A stretch of DNA of 52,218 nucleotides from a virus (Duplodnaviria > Caudoviricetes), in IMG/VR virus record IMGVR_UViG_3300033142_001318, positions 1-52,218 of that record; one strand, given 5' to 3'. The first letter of the stretch is position 1. The number at the start of each line of letters is the position of its first letter. The translations under genes were made by a program, and so were the position numbers. The notes beneath the pieces are model-generated. The model did no database searches and was not told where the DNA came from. It saw only the letters and a list, made by a program, of their open reading frames with translations. Shown here one piece after another: positions 28,525 through 38,612 of the stretch.

Positions 28525-28983
28525 ATGGAAGTTGACTTCTCGGGGATGATGAAAGGTCTATCAGAGAAGGAAATCAAGGATAAAATAAGGCGATCAGTGG
28601 AAACTATGGCTTTTGAATGTGAATCTGAGGCAAAACAGATTGTGGCAACTACTTCTATGGATACAGGACAGTTTTTGAACTCTATTTTTACTGAAACAAG
28701 TGAAGAAGGGGATGAATTCAGTTTCACGATGTATGATGGGGTAGAATATGGAATATACCACGAATACGGTACTGTTTCTCATTGGGTTCCGTTTTATTAT
28801 CGTGGTGACACGAGTCAACCGATCCTCGCAGAATGGGCACATCGTGTACTCGGAATGGACGAGGAAGAGATGTTGGAGAAGGGTGGTATGATGGTACAAA
28901 TAGATGAGACTATGCCGTTCCGGAAGGCACTTACACACGTGGAAAATATGACACAAGAAATATTTAATAAAGAATTTAAATAA
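28525..28983 (+). CDS. HK97 gp10-like neck/tail completion protein
   Basis: DTGQFLNSI, VEYGIYHEYGT, PFRKAL; start reassigned after GGAGGTG RBS. Confidence 0.75.
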   Translation: MEVDFSGMMKGLSEKEIKDKIRRSVETMAFECESEAKQIVATTSMDTGQFLNSIFTETSEEGDEFSFTMYDGVEYGIYHEYGTVSHWVPFYYRGDTSQPILAEWAHRVLGMDEEEMLEKGGMMVQIDETMPFRKALTHVENMTQEIFNKEFK

Positions 28984-29000
28984 TATAATAAAGGGTAAAT

Positions 29001-29738
29001 ATGACATTAGAAAACGTATCAATAGCAAGTTATATCACAGACAAACTTAGAAACAATATAACGGATCCTAATTCAGCTAATCGTCAATCACAGTTCGGTC
29101 AATGGATATATCCAGATATGCCGAAAATTGTAAAATTATTGAATGATAAAAATAATTTTCCGCGTATATCCGTTGAAACCGTAACATCTAACACCGATTC
29201 CGAGATGGGGATGGCATGTACCGAACACGTGGAAAATGTGAATCTACGAATCTCAGTGTGGACCGTCCGGGATCTTGTCTGTACGGCAGCATCAACGACG
29301 TCGGAAGCGCATACTTATATGACTGGGACGACTGAGTATGAACTCGATAATCTGCCACTTTCAACTATTTCACTGATTACGGGTATCGTGACAACTTTAC
29401 CACATACATTCACGAATGGGACGGATTATCAACTTATAGATGGTGATTCCGACGGATATCTCGATACTGTTGAATGGTTAGGTGTGGATCTCCCGGACAA
29501 CGGGACCGACTTTAATGTTAGTTATCAACGGAAAATGTCGGCTGACGAACTTTGCCGGTTTATTGCGCAGGAAATAAATGCTTATTTACGGGATAATTGG
29601 CGATTATGGCAGGAAAGAGTAATGTGGGGATATAAAAAGACAGGTGGGAACCATGTGAATTTTGATAATGATTTAGGTGTACACAAATATGAATTAACAT
29701 GTTCATTTCAAGGAATAAATATCGGTGATGATATATAA
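29001..29738 (+). CDS. Tail terminator with an inserted beta domain
   Basis: Position before the tail tube; FPRISV...LRISVW pattern. Confidence 0.55.
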   Translation: MTLENVSIASYITDKLRNNITDPNSANRQSQFGQWIYPDMPKIVKLLNDKNNFPRISVETVTSNTDSEMGMACTEHVENVNLRISVWTVRDLVCTAASTTSEAHTYMTGTTEYELDNLPLSTISLITGIVTTLPHTFTNGTDYQLIDGDSDGYLDTVEWLGVDLPDNGTDFNVSYQRKMSADELCRFIAQEINAYLRDNWRLWQERVMWGYKKTGGNHVNFDNDLGVHKYELTCSFQGINIGDDI

Positions 29739-29767
29739 TTAAATTAATAAAGGAGGAATCATAAAAT

Positions 29768-30757
29768 ATGACAGAATACTACATAGGAAAGAGGACCCGT
29801 GCGTCTTACGCAAAAGAAAGTACGTACGGAACAGCAAATACAGCCAGTACTTACGGGTGGCCCGGTATCATACAGACAGTGACACCGTCATCAAAAAGTG
29901 ATATCATTCAGATAAATGCAATGGATGATTCGGATACGAGGAATGTGAGTGATTATTTTGAGAATTTACGGACTTACGGATTCAGTACAGAATTCTTACT
30001 ACAACATGCAAGACCACTGTATTTTGCATGGGGAAATGACAGTCTAGTCTCGGGTGCTCATGATGTTCATACAATTACAGGGACGAATACACTACCGTCG
30101 TTCACATTTCAGGTCGGTTACGAAGGTGCTACTGATCATGTTATAACTTATACTGGATGTATGATAAATAAACTTGACATATCATGCACGAAAAACGAGT
30201 TTGTGAAGTGTACGGCAGAAGTTGTGGCACAGAAAGCGACAGACGGTACGACATTCAAGAATTATCAATCGTCGAATGTAGTGATGAAAAAATATCCATC
30301 GATAGGATCCGGATCGATACTTCCATATCACTATTCACATTCCGATATCAGTATAGGTGGTACAGATTATTGTGAAATAGATACTATAAAATTATCTATT
30401 AATAATAATCTACTCTCGGAACCTGTATTGTGTTCGGATAACGGAAAGAGGATATCAGAACCCATTCCACAATTAAGAGAATATGACGCATCGGCAACGA
30501 TCAGAATGAGTTCTGCGGATTTCTATACGATGTGGGAGACTGGTACTTACATTACCGATCCGACTATCACGTTTGCGAGAATAACTAGTTCAAATCAGAT
30601 CGTATTTACATTGGAAGACGCAATAATCGAATCGGCGATCAGTCCGTTTAACATCTCAGAAGGTATGGTACTAGTGGAAGTACCGTTTAAGGTTAAATCA
30701 ATCGTTGTAAAAGAAACCAACGATTTAGGTATCCAATATAGTGCAACGGAGACGTAG
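29768..30757 (+). CDS. Tail tube (major tail) protein
   Basis: KESTYGT, HTITG..TLPSFT.QVG, YTGC.IN.L.I and L.INNNL motifs. Confidence 0.8.
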   Translation: MTEYYIGKRTRASYAKESTYGTANTASTYGWPGIIQTVTPSSKSDIIQINAMDDSDTRNVSDYFENLRTYGFSTEFLLQHARPLYFAWGNDSLVSGAHDVHTITGTNTLPSFTFQVGYEGATDHVITYTGCMINKLDISCTKNEFVKCTAEVVAQKATDGTTFKNYQSSNVVMKKYPSIGSGSILPYHYSHSDISIGGTDYCEIDTIKLSINNNLLSEPVLCSDNGKRISEPIPQLREYDASATIRMSSADFYTMWETGTYITDPTITFARITSSNQIVFTLEDAIIESAISPFNISEGMVLVEVPFKVKSIVVKETNDLGIQYSATET

Positions 30758-30759
30758 GA

Positions 30760-31146
30760 ATGGCGAAAGCAAACAAGTATTTTACAAAACGTGGTGAACG
30801 GGACATCACAATTAAGTTAGGCGACGAAAATATAGATATCAGAGTAGTTGTACCCACTAACAGACAACACGATGAAATGATGGAACGTTATACGGAATTG
30901 ACACCGGAGGGGTTGGTCGATATCCATGGTACTGATCTACTTGAAGACCGTCTAACCAGTTATATTATATCACTTCCGTTTGATGTTCCGTATGATGAAG
31001 AAATGGGTACATACGGTCCATGGGACGATGCTACTATAGATCAGAAAAAAGTAGCATTGAGTATGATGGATTCGAAACTTCGTGATGCAATCAATGATGC
31101 AATATCGGGTGAAGAGGGACTTTCAAGTGATGAGGTGGGAAATTGA
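30760..31146 (+). CDS. Tail assembly chaperone (gpG-like)
   Basis: Lies between tube and tape measure; ends in slippery G GGA AAT. Confidence 0.75.
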   Translation: MAKANKYFTKRGERDITIKLGDENIDIRVVVPTNRQHDEMMERYTELTPEGLVDIHGTDLLEDRLTSYIISLPFDVPYDEEMGTYGPWDDATIDQKKVALSMMDSKLRDAINDAISGEEGLSSDEVGN

Positions 31147-31355
31147 GAATTGCGGTTTTTACAGATAACGTAGAACGTGAGATTTCTGCATTGTGGAATC
31201 GCATAAATTTAGCACTTATTTTACATGTTTTACCATCTCAGATTGATGGTGAATCGTATAAAGATATACAAGCGTTTAAAGTGATTTTATCAGCAAGAGA
31301 AGAATATAAGGAAATGGAAAATAATAGAGGTGATAATACATGCCAGCTCCAGTGA
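31137..31355 (+). CDS. Tail assembly chaperone -1 frameshift extension (gpT-like)
   Basis: GGGAAAT at 31137-31143 leads directly into the -1 frame ORF 31143-31355. Confidence 0.75.
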   Translation, partial: GKLRIAVFTDNVEREISALWNRINLALILHVLPSQIDGESYKDIQAFKVILSAREEYKEMENNRGDNTCQLQ

Positions 31356-32368
31356 TTGCAAGTATGGCTGTGAAGGGAATCTTCAAAGCGGGAAGTCTAT
31401 TAGGTGGTCTAAGTAAGATGGGAGCAAAACTGAAAGAAGCCGGAGCCCGTAGTAAATCTACAACCACAGAAATGAAGAGAATGACCGGACACGCGAGAAT
31501 GTTAGCTGGTGCGCTTACCGGGATAAGTGTTGCCGCATTTACAGCACTTATGATGCAAGCCCCTCAACTTGCGGGTTCGTTGGCGAAGATTAAGACAGAA
31601 ATGATGCTAATGGCGTATGCCGTGGGAGCAAAACTGAAACCGGCACTAGACGCCGTAGGTACGATATTGAGAGGTATTCGTACCGGTGACTGGACGGTAA
31701 TAAAACAAGGTATTAAAGATCTTACGGATGCGATTATTAAATTAGCGGCCGAAGCCGGAAGTGTTGTGATGGATTTTATATTCGGTGAAGGATCAGCAGC
31801 AAAAGTGAAAACAGATTTTAACAATTGGATCGAAGAATTAAAGACGGCTTGGGAAGAAGGGGATCTAATAGGATTGATAAAAGGCCTATTGTGGGACCCG
31901 GCAGAGTGGTTACTTACAAACGCCTATGAGTGGGGATATAATCATTTAGGACCAGCTATAGCCGACGTCGTAAAGGGTGCTTGGGATGCTGCTAAAGATC
32001 TATATGGTGGTGCGTTTAAATTCGGTGGAAGAGTGGCTGAACGTTACGCTGGAGCGGAAGGAATATGGGGACATCTACCAGATTGGGCTCATCCAGGGTA
32101 TGATAAGGAATCCGGACAGTTCTATCGTGGTTCACGTCAAACCGGTGGTTATATCGGACAAACAGGTATGTATCGACTTCATGCAGGTGAGAGTGTGACT
32201 ATGAAAGGTTCGTCGGGATGGGATGATAGTTATGGTAGAGGATCATCTAATATTACGATTAACTTTTCTGGTGCTACCATTAATGCAAGTACTGATGAAC
32301 AAGTTCGAGATCTGGCGAGTAGAGTAGGGAATGAGATCGCTATAAGACAACAATCGTTGATAATATAA
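31340..32368 (+). CDS. Tape measure protein (short)
   Basis: Ala/Gly/Leu-rich helical protein with Trp periodicity; C-terminal GGYI..TG...LHAGE.V and ITINF. Confidence 0.8.
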   Translation: MPAPVIASMAVKGIFKAGSLLGGLSKMGAKLKEAGARSKSTTTEMKRMTGHARMLAGALTGISVAAFTALMMQAPQLAGSLAKIKTEMMLMAYAVGAKLKPALDAVGTILRGIRTGDWTVIKQGIKDLTDAIIKLAAEAGSVVMDFIFGEGSAAKVKTDFNNWIEELKTAWEEGDLIGLIKGLLWDPAEWLLTNAYEWGYNHLGPAIADVVKGAWDAAKDLYGGAFKFGGRVAERYAGAEGIWGHLPDWAHPGYDKESGQFYRGSRQTGGYIGQTGMYRLHAGESVTMKGSSGWDDSYGRGSSNITINFSGATINASTDEQVRDLASRVGNEIAIRQQSLII

Positions 32369-32378
32369 GGTAATTATC

Positions 32379-33197
32379 ATGGGAAACTGGAAAATAGGAT
32401 ATATAGATGGGTTAAGTGATATTGGTTCCACTTACGAACTCGGAATGGAAGCATATCATGGGTTCGGGGCGAAAACACTCAATTTGGATCCTACAAAGAT
32501 GTGTCGTGCAAGTGGTATGATAGTCACGACATACCCGCCAGACCGTTTAGAATGTTCAATGATTAAGAACTATCCCAATGTAGCCAATACGGCAGTCACC
32601 TCATTCTTTGAGAATAATGAGTTTAATAATGGTTTTGTTAGGATATTATCTGGTCCAGAAAAAGATAAGGTATATAAAGTAACAAACACTACGGATTCAA
32701 TATTAACCATAAGTGGATCTATAGGAGATGTAACAAATGGTGATGCATTCGAAGTTGTGACAGGAGCATGTACATTTGAGTTCCCGGACGGTCGGAATCC
32801 TACACGACAAGATTTTAAAAGAATGGTGGCAAACTATCCCCTACGATATCCGTATTACGGTGGTGGGATAGTAATTCCGAAGGGGTGGCAACCTGATGAT
32901 TTCATGATTAGATCCCATCTTACAGACGTTCGAGACGCTGATAGATTGGAAGTTATGCTTAATCACATTTTAGACTATAAGGGATTTGATGGTTTATATT
33001 CGATAGGGAAACTGAATGATAATCCGAATGGTTTTGCACCTATGATAATCGAAACCGGATCACATTATGCTCAATATCAACATTTAGGAAATGTGGTGGA
33101 TTATAATATTACAAGGAGTGCCAGAAAATCAGATAATTTCTTTGATGTATCGATACACTTTGAAGGATATAATACTCCAATATATAGAGGATTATAA
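32379..33197 (+). CDS. Distal tail (Dit)-like protein, paralogue 1
   Basis: Follows the tape measure gene; aligned end to end with 33200-34033. Confidence 0.55.
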   Translation: MGNWKIGYIDGLSDIGSTYELGMEAYHGFGAKTLNLDPTKMCRASGMIVTTYPPDRLECSMIKNYPNVANTAVTSFFENNEFNNGFVRILSGPEKDKVYKVTNTTDSILTISGSIGDVTNGDAFEVVTGACTFEFPDGRNPTRQDFKRMVANYPLRYPYYGGGIVIPKGWQPDDFMIRSHLTDVRDADRLEVMLNHILDYKGFDGLYSIGKLNDNPNGFAPMIIETGSHYAQYQHLGNVVDYNITRSARKSDNFFDVSIHFEGYNTPIYRGL

Positions 33198-33199
33198 AT

Positions 33200-34033
33200 A
33201 TGGGTATATATAAGTTAGGATATATAAAAGACATGGATAATACATCGTCATGGGACGTCGGAAAAGATAGATATGAAAGGTTTGGTGCTTATACGTTACC
33301 ATTAGATCCAAAGAAGATGTGTCGTGCGATCGGGTATGTCTCTTCTATCAGTGGTGATCGTATTAATTGTAGTGGTATTATAAATTATCCTAATCTCGCT
33401 GATAGTACATTCCAAGGGGCTTTATATCCAACATCACGTAAATTTGAAACTAATGAATTCAATCGGGGTTTCATTAGATTTTTATCGGGTTCTGCCAGGA
33501 ATAAAGTATATCGAGTGATTGGAACGACTACCACACAATTACGTACTAGTGAGACCGTATTAGGTGTTGTAACTAAAGATTATTTTGAAGTTGTATCAGG
33601 ATCATGTACGTTCGATTTTCCGACAGGTCGTAATCCAACTGACCGAGTATTCAAACGGAGTGTCGTAAATAAGGCACTACGGTTCCCGTTCTCTCAGGGT
33701 AGTCTCGTCATGTTTGAAGGTTATCAACCTGATGATTTTGTATTGTTGGTACATCTAACACGTAGAGTAGATGCCGACAGATTAGAACTCATGCTTAATC
33801 ATAATCTCGATTATAGAGGATTTGATGGTCCCTATTCGTACGATACGATACCCGGGAGTGACGAAGGATTGGCGCCAATGATTCTCGAGACAGGATCACA
33901 TGATACCAAAAATCAATATCTCGTGTATATGAATGACTATAAAATTGTGAGGGATGCAAAGTATAACAGTGAATTCTCTGAATTAATGATTCATTTCTTG
34001 AATTATTCTGGTGTAATATATAGAGGTGTATAA
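33200..34033 (+). CDS. Distal tail (Dit)-like protein, paralogue 2
   Basis: Shares LDPxKMCRA, NEFNxGF, GRNPT, QPDDF, DADRLE and ETGSH with 32379-33197. Confidence 0.55.
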   Translation: MGIYKLGYIKDMDNTSSWDVGKDRYERFGAYTLPLDPKKMCRAIGYVSSISGDRINCSGIINYPNLADSTFQGALYPTSRKFETNEFNRGFIRFLSGSARNKVYRVIGTTTTQLRTSETVLGVVTKDYFEVVSGSCTFDFPTGRNPTDRVFKRSVVNKALRFPFSQGSLVMFEGYQPDDFVLLVHLTRRVDADRLELMLNHNLDYRGFDGPYSYDTIPGSDEGLAPMILETGSHDTKNQYLVYMNDYKIVRDAKYNSEFSELMIHFLNYSGVIYRGV

Positions 34034-34035
34034 AA

Positions 34036-35955
34036 ATGTGGACGGTAAAAATTGGACAGTTCAATGATCCAACTGGTGTTAGGACACAAGAACGAGTAAC
34101 AGACATAAGAGTAACACAATCCTCCACTACGTTGGATTTTTCTGTTACAGTTAAGAACCCTACCGCAGACGAAAGAGCACAGGCGAAAGGTAGGATAGAT
34201 TCCGCTATTATTCGTATAGAACGGCGTTCAGAAGTTTTAGTAGAAGGTTTTATTGAAGATGTGGAATTCGGAGCAAATTATGTCAGGTACACCGGTAGGT
34301 CTTTTATCGTTCTAACTGGTTATTCAACATCATCATTAACAGATAGTAGTGGTAAAACAGAGGGTGAATACAATAATGATATTGGTGAAGAGATCATAGA
34401 AAGTCTTATATCGAAGTATTGTAGACCTAAAGATAATGAAATCAATTATGCGATATCATTAAAAGACGTTGACGGTATGGATGTAAGATATGGAGGTGAT
34501 GTAAAACTTCACGGTAAAAAAGTCTATCAGATCGTAAGGGAAATGTGTCAGTCGTATGGCCATGACTTGTGGTCAAGTACGAAACTAGATAGTAATGGTG
34601 ATGTAACATCAAAAATCATAAACGTCGGTATAAAAGAACGTGGATCTACAGTAAATCCACACAAAACCTTCCGGGGTGGTATTGAACTTAAGAATATACC
34701 AGTAATGCAATACAGGTCATCGAAAACGGTTAACCGTATCCGTGTGATTGGTGCTGGAACTGGAAAGGATAAGGTATCAGAGGTTGTAGAGGATACTGAT
34801 TCTATAGCATGTATTGGAACCATCGAAGGTGAACCTTATCACAATAATATGATTAGATCGGTAGATACTGCAAGATCGATTGGTGAAGCTATAATAAGGG
34901 ATAAAAAAAATCCCATCGAAGAACTTCATGTAGAACTTGCGATGTACATAAGTGATGTTCAGTATGGTGACTGGGTTAATATTATAGATGAATACAGTAA
35001 TATAAATATTACAAAAAGAATAAAGAATATAACTTATACATATTCCGCTGGTGCTGCGGATATGATGTCGATCGAACTCGGCGACAAATTTGATAATTAT
35101 CAAAGTATTATACGGGATCTTACACAGAATGACGTGGACGCAGAACCTGATATGACAGTCGCTGGAGGTTCACTACGTATCACAGCAAACGATCCACCAT
35201 CTACTTATGTCCGGGTGGATCCCGGTGATTGGTACGGTACTGATGGCATTTTGTATCATTTCGGTAAGTCTACATGTGTATTTTGGGCATCACCAGCAGA
35301 CCCACCATATAATCCAAATGTAGTCGGGAACTATGCTAAAGCTTTAGTACAAATAAAGGATGGTGCAGCATCAGCGAAAGATATCACGTATAAGACTAAT
35401 CTGACTATTGATAGTATGAGTGGATATTCGAAAGAGATGGCAGAACTGGAATCGATATCCGCGGAGCCCGGGTATACTCCGATTGGAGAAGTAATATTAA
35501 AGTGCGAGAAAAGTTTTACTTTTTTTAATCCCCCACATAAGATCGGTATCATACATAATGTTTCTGCTATTGATGAAGGAGAATCGTATATATATCGGGA
35601 TGCCAGACCAATAGTTGGAAGTTCGGGTGGTTCAGGTGGTGGAAAGTGGGCACTCATATCTCGGATAGCAGCTAAAAATATATGGACGGCAAGTACAGCG
35701 TACGAAGTCGGAAGTTGGGTGAAACCTATCACTGAACCTCTGGATAGATTCTTTGTATGTATATCTTCAGAAGAACCGTGGGAGAGTGGTACGTTAGAAC
35801 CTGTGTGGCCTACCGTATTGGGAACAACTGTCACCGATAATAATCTGATATGGCAATGTAATAGTGATGGTATTATACCGGAAGAGATACTCGGTATCCC
35901 GAATATGAACATCCATGTAACTCCGGTAGGAAACGGTATTGTATATTTAGGGTAA
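34036..35955 (+). CDS. Baseplate hub / Tal-like protein with a C-terminal CBM5/12-like module
   Basis: NRIRVIGAG, GDWVNIID..IELG; WTASTAYEVG...SGTLEPVWPT..G.TVTD..LIW. Confidence 0.7.
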   Translation: MWTVKIGQFNDPTGVRTQERVTDIRVTQSSTTLDFSVTVKNPTADERAQAKGRIDSAIIRIERRSEVLVEGFIEDVEFGANYVRYTGRSFIVLTGYSTSSLTDSSGKTEGEYNNDIGEEIIESLISKYCRPKDNEINYAISLKDVDGMDVRYGGDVKLHGKKVYQIVREMCQSYGHDLWSSTKLDSNGDVTSKIINVGIKERGSTVNPHKTFRGGIELKNIPVMQYRSSKTVNRIRVIGAGTGKDKVSEVVEDTDSIACIGTIEGEPYHNNMIRSVDTARSIGEAIIRDKKNPIEELHVELAMYISDVQYGDWVNIIDEYSNINITKRIKNITYTYSAGAADMMSIELGDKFDNYQSIIRDLTQNDVDAEPDMTVAGGSLRITANDPPSTYVRVDPGDWYGTDGILYHFGKSTCVFWASPADPPYNPNVVGNYAKALVQIKDGAASAKDITYKTNLTIDSMSGYSKEMAELESISAEPGYTPIGEVILKCEKSFTFFNPPHKIGIIHNVSAIDEGESYIYRDARPIVGSSGGSGGGKWALISRIAAKNIWTASTAYEVGSWVKPITEPLDRFFVCISSEEPWESGTLEPVWPTVLGTTVTDNNLIWQCNSDGIIPEEILGIPNMNIHVTPVGNGIVYLG

Positions 35956-35960
35956 TATAA

Positions 35961-36704
35961 ATGACGACTACTATAGCAGCATACGTACAAAATGCAGCGG
36001 GTCAAGGTATTGGGAATGCCCATGTTTCCGGTGGTGGTGGAAGTTGTGATACAAACTCCAGTGGGAATTGTTCTTATGATATACCTTATGGTGGTCATCG
36101 TACTATCACTGCGAGTCATGCTGGGTATGTAACAGAATCACAACAGGTATATATACAGTCTGACCATCATGTGAATGTTTATTTTCAAACTTTTAATGGT
36201 CATGCTCTAGCAGCAAGTATCGAAGGTACGGTTTATGACCAAGATGGTGTACCATTCCCAAATATAATGGTGTGGTGTTCCGGGACGTTAGGGACCACGA
36301 AGATGTGGGGGGCGACAACGAATTCCGCTGGATACTATTCATTGGCAGTGATTACGGCTGGTGATTACATAATATATTGTGGAAAAAATAATTATAAAAT
36401 AGTTGGTACCCAGAATTATTCACAAGCCACGGAGTATCCTACAACCACAACAACCATAAATTTCACTGGTAGTAATTCACCGCAACGTGTGGAGACATCT
36501 GATACAAAATTAGCTGTTTATAATAGATCATTTATAGTTAAAGATGATTTAAGTGAGAGTTATTACAATGTTGCTGATGTACCATCTAACGATACTGTAT
36601 TTGCGAAAGTGAGGAAGTGGAATGGCAAATTTCTAAATGTTTACGAATGGGTAGCGGATGATTATTGGGTAGGAGACGGATATGGTGGCGATTATTATGA
36701 ATGA
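35961..36704 (+). CDS. Tail-associated protein with two carboxypeptidase-regulatory-like beta domains
   Basis: G.GI.NA.V..TNSSG...ITAS..GY and GTVYDQDG.P...TTNSAGYY. Confidence 0.65.
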   Translation: MTTTIAAYVQNAAGQGIGNAHVSGGGGSCDTNSSGNCSYDIPYGGHRTITASHAGYVTESQQVYIQSDHHVNVYFQTFNGHALAASIEGTVYDQDGVPFPNIMVWCSGTLGTTKMWGATTNSAGYYSLAVITAGDYIIYCGKNNYKIVGTQNYSQATEYPTTTTTINFTGSNSPQRVETSDTKLAVYNRSFIVKDDLSESYYNVADVPSNDTVFAKVRKWNGKFLNVYEWVADDYWVGDGYGGDYYE

Positions 36705-36714
36705 GGTATTATAA

Positions 36715-38559
36715 ATGGCTAGTTATGACTGTTATGATGATTGTGGATATCGATGGTTGGAAGTGGGGGCTACAACGGAGTGTACAAGAGATATAGATGA
36801 TGGTACTGTAGATTTTGCACGTTTGATATTAGAGGTCATCGAAATTCAAGTAGATCCAGATTCGGAATGTGAAATATGTACACATGAAGCTAGATGTTTA
36901 ATTAATATATATGAACACTATACTGGAGATGTTAGTGAAACACATGTATTCGAAGGTGTATATACTGTATATCATAATACAAATAGGAATTTCTTTAAAT
37001 ATAATGCATGGAAAGTCGATCTTGCCGACGCCCGTTCTGGTCCACCTGTTGAAGCACAATTAAGGATAGCACATAAGCCATTATGTCCGGGATGTACATA
37101 TAATTATCTTTGTGATTGTGAGGAGGACGTTTACATCAATGGATGGACAGATACACAAGCAATGACTCCGGACGATCCTAGTATCATATATGAACAGATG
37201 CAGGTAAAATTATTAAGTGTTGCTTACGATTTATCGTATGTAATAGTCAATGTTAGGGTATGGGATGTTTATAGTGGAGGATCTTCAATATTATATGATA
37301 ATGATGTGAATGTATCAGAAGATAGTTTTTATGATATTTCACAGAGTAATATGATATTTGATTGGCGGGTGTGTTGTAATGATATCGATATGGCTAATGC
37401 AGAAATCCAATTGTGTTATGCTTATGAAGATGGTAATAATGATAGTGGCGGAGGGAATGGATCCGGAGGTCTAGATGGTTTAGTAGCAGCACAATATTTT
37501 GATACACGTGATTTTGGGTATACCGGTGGATCTATGGTGTATGCCAGGACAAAAAATCCTAAACATCACAGTGGTACAAATAATGTACCAACCGAGGTTA
37601 GAATGAATCTCTACGAATGGCAAGGTGATTATACATCTACTAAAAACAGTACTTCGTTGGCAACACAAACTTTGATAATACCATCGGAAGATATGGAATA
37701 TCATGATGTGGTTATACCTTTTATCTGGGATTATGACGCCCCACCAGGTGAATATATGTGGATGTTAACGTGTTTACGGGGACCACGTAATGGTAGTTTT
37801 CAATTATGGTTTATAAGTTATGCTCCAGCTCAGAAATTTCCGGCATGGGTGAATGGTTCTCCAAATCAAAATTTCAACAGTCGGATTCTAGGGATAGAAA
37901 CCGAGAAATCATGGGGAAATGTTATATCTGTTGATGACACATTTGGTAATTATTACTATACTGGTATTACTGGATGGTCAAATGTAAAAGTTAAGTCAGG
38001 AGGAGAATATAAGGACGTATTATTACCGAAAACTAATTGTAATCTTGTGAAAAGGGGTCCAGGATCTGTCGAGGTGACAAATCCCTCATTCGAAACCGGG
38101 GATTTTACAGGTTGGACGAAAGGAGGTATGGGGACGAAATTTTCTGTAGAAATTACGGACGAATGGAGTTCTGATGGTACATATTCTTGTAAAATGTGTT
38201 CTGTGGATGCATTTAATATATATTGGGATGATTTCATATATATATACCAGATATTACCTTCACATTCTACTTATCCTGGATGGATGGTATATTTTGATTT
38301 ATATATTCCTTCTTCTGGTCGTAGTTTAATATTTAATGAATATCATAGTGGATATACTCATAGTATAACAGCTGGTACATATTTGAATGAATCATTTACA
38401 TTAACAAATAATAAATTACTCTTCAAATTGGTGTGCACAGGTGACTGGCCGAGTGTATCATCCGTGTACATAGATAATGTCAGATCTGTCCCACCAACCA
38501 TACCTAATACACCGATAGGACGTATGATAGGTGGTGCGAGTGATATTAGGGTTGTTTAA
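36715..38559 (+). CDS. Cys-rich putative tail tip / adhesin with a C-terminal galactose-binding-like domain
   Basis: NPSFETGDFTGW...DG.YS...YIDNVR at the C-terminus. Confidence 0.6.
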   Translation: MASYDCYDDCGYRWLEVGATTECTRDIDDGTVDFARLILEVIEIQVDPDSECEICTHEARCLINIYEHYTGDVSETHVFEGVYTVYHNTNRNFFKYNAWKVDLADARSGPPVEAQLRIAHKPLCPGCTYNYLCDCEEDVYINGWTDTQAMTPDDPSIIYEQMQVKLLSVAYDLSYVIVNVRVWDVYSGGSSILYDNDVNVSEDSFYDISQSNMIFDWRVCCNDIDMANAEIQLCYAYEDGNNDSGGGNGSGGLDGLVAAQYFDTRDFGYTGGSMVYARTKNPKHHSGTNNVPTEVRMNLYEWQGDYTSTKNSTSLATQTLIIPSEDMEYHDVVIPFIWDYDAPPGEYMWMLTCLRGPRNGSFQLWFISYAPAQKFPAWVNGSPNQNFNSRILGIETEKSWGNVISVDDTFGNYYYTGITGWSNVKVKSGGEYKDVLLPKTNCNLVKRGPGSVEVTNPSFETGDFTGWTKGGMGTKFSVEITDEWSSDGTYSCKMCSVDAFNIYWDDFIYIYQILPSHSTYPGWMVYFDLYIPSSGRSLIFNEYHSGYTHSITAGTYLNESFTLTNNKLLFKLVCTGDWPSVSSVYIDNVRSVPPTIPNTPIGRMIGGASDIRVV

Positions 38560-38578
38560 TGGACGTTATTATAAAAAG

Positions 38579-38605
38579 TGGTATGTTGGATGACCCAACA
38601 TACCA
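38579..38605. terminator. Hairpin between convergent operons
   Basis: tggtatgttgg-atgac-ccaacatacca, 11-bp perfect stem. Confidence 0.7.
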
Positions 38606-38612
38606 TTATACT

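Noticed and set aside
13982-28560. Tag-like N-termini MKIDLRNY (13982), MTINFTEL (14716) and MEVDFSGM (28525)
   Set aside because: Only partial matches to IEI[DN]xxxL, and such starts are common, so they were not counted as tag copies.
10262-36119. Long minus-strand ORFs (10262-10978, 16200-17012, 17247-18023, 35331-36119)
   Set aside because: They are antisense shadows of well-supported plus-strand genes and show no motifs or RBS.
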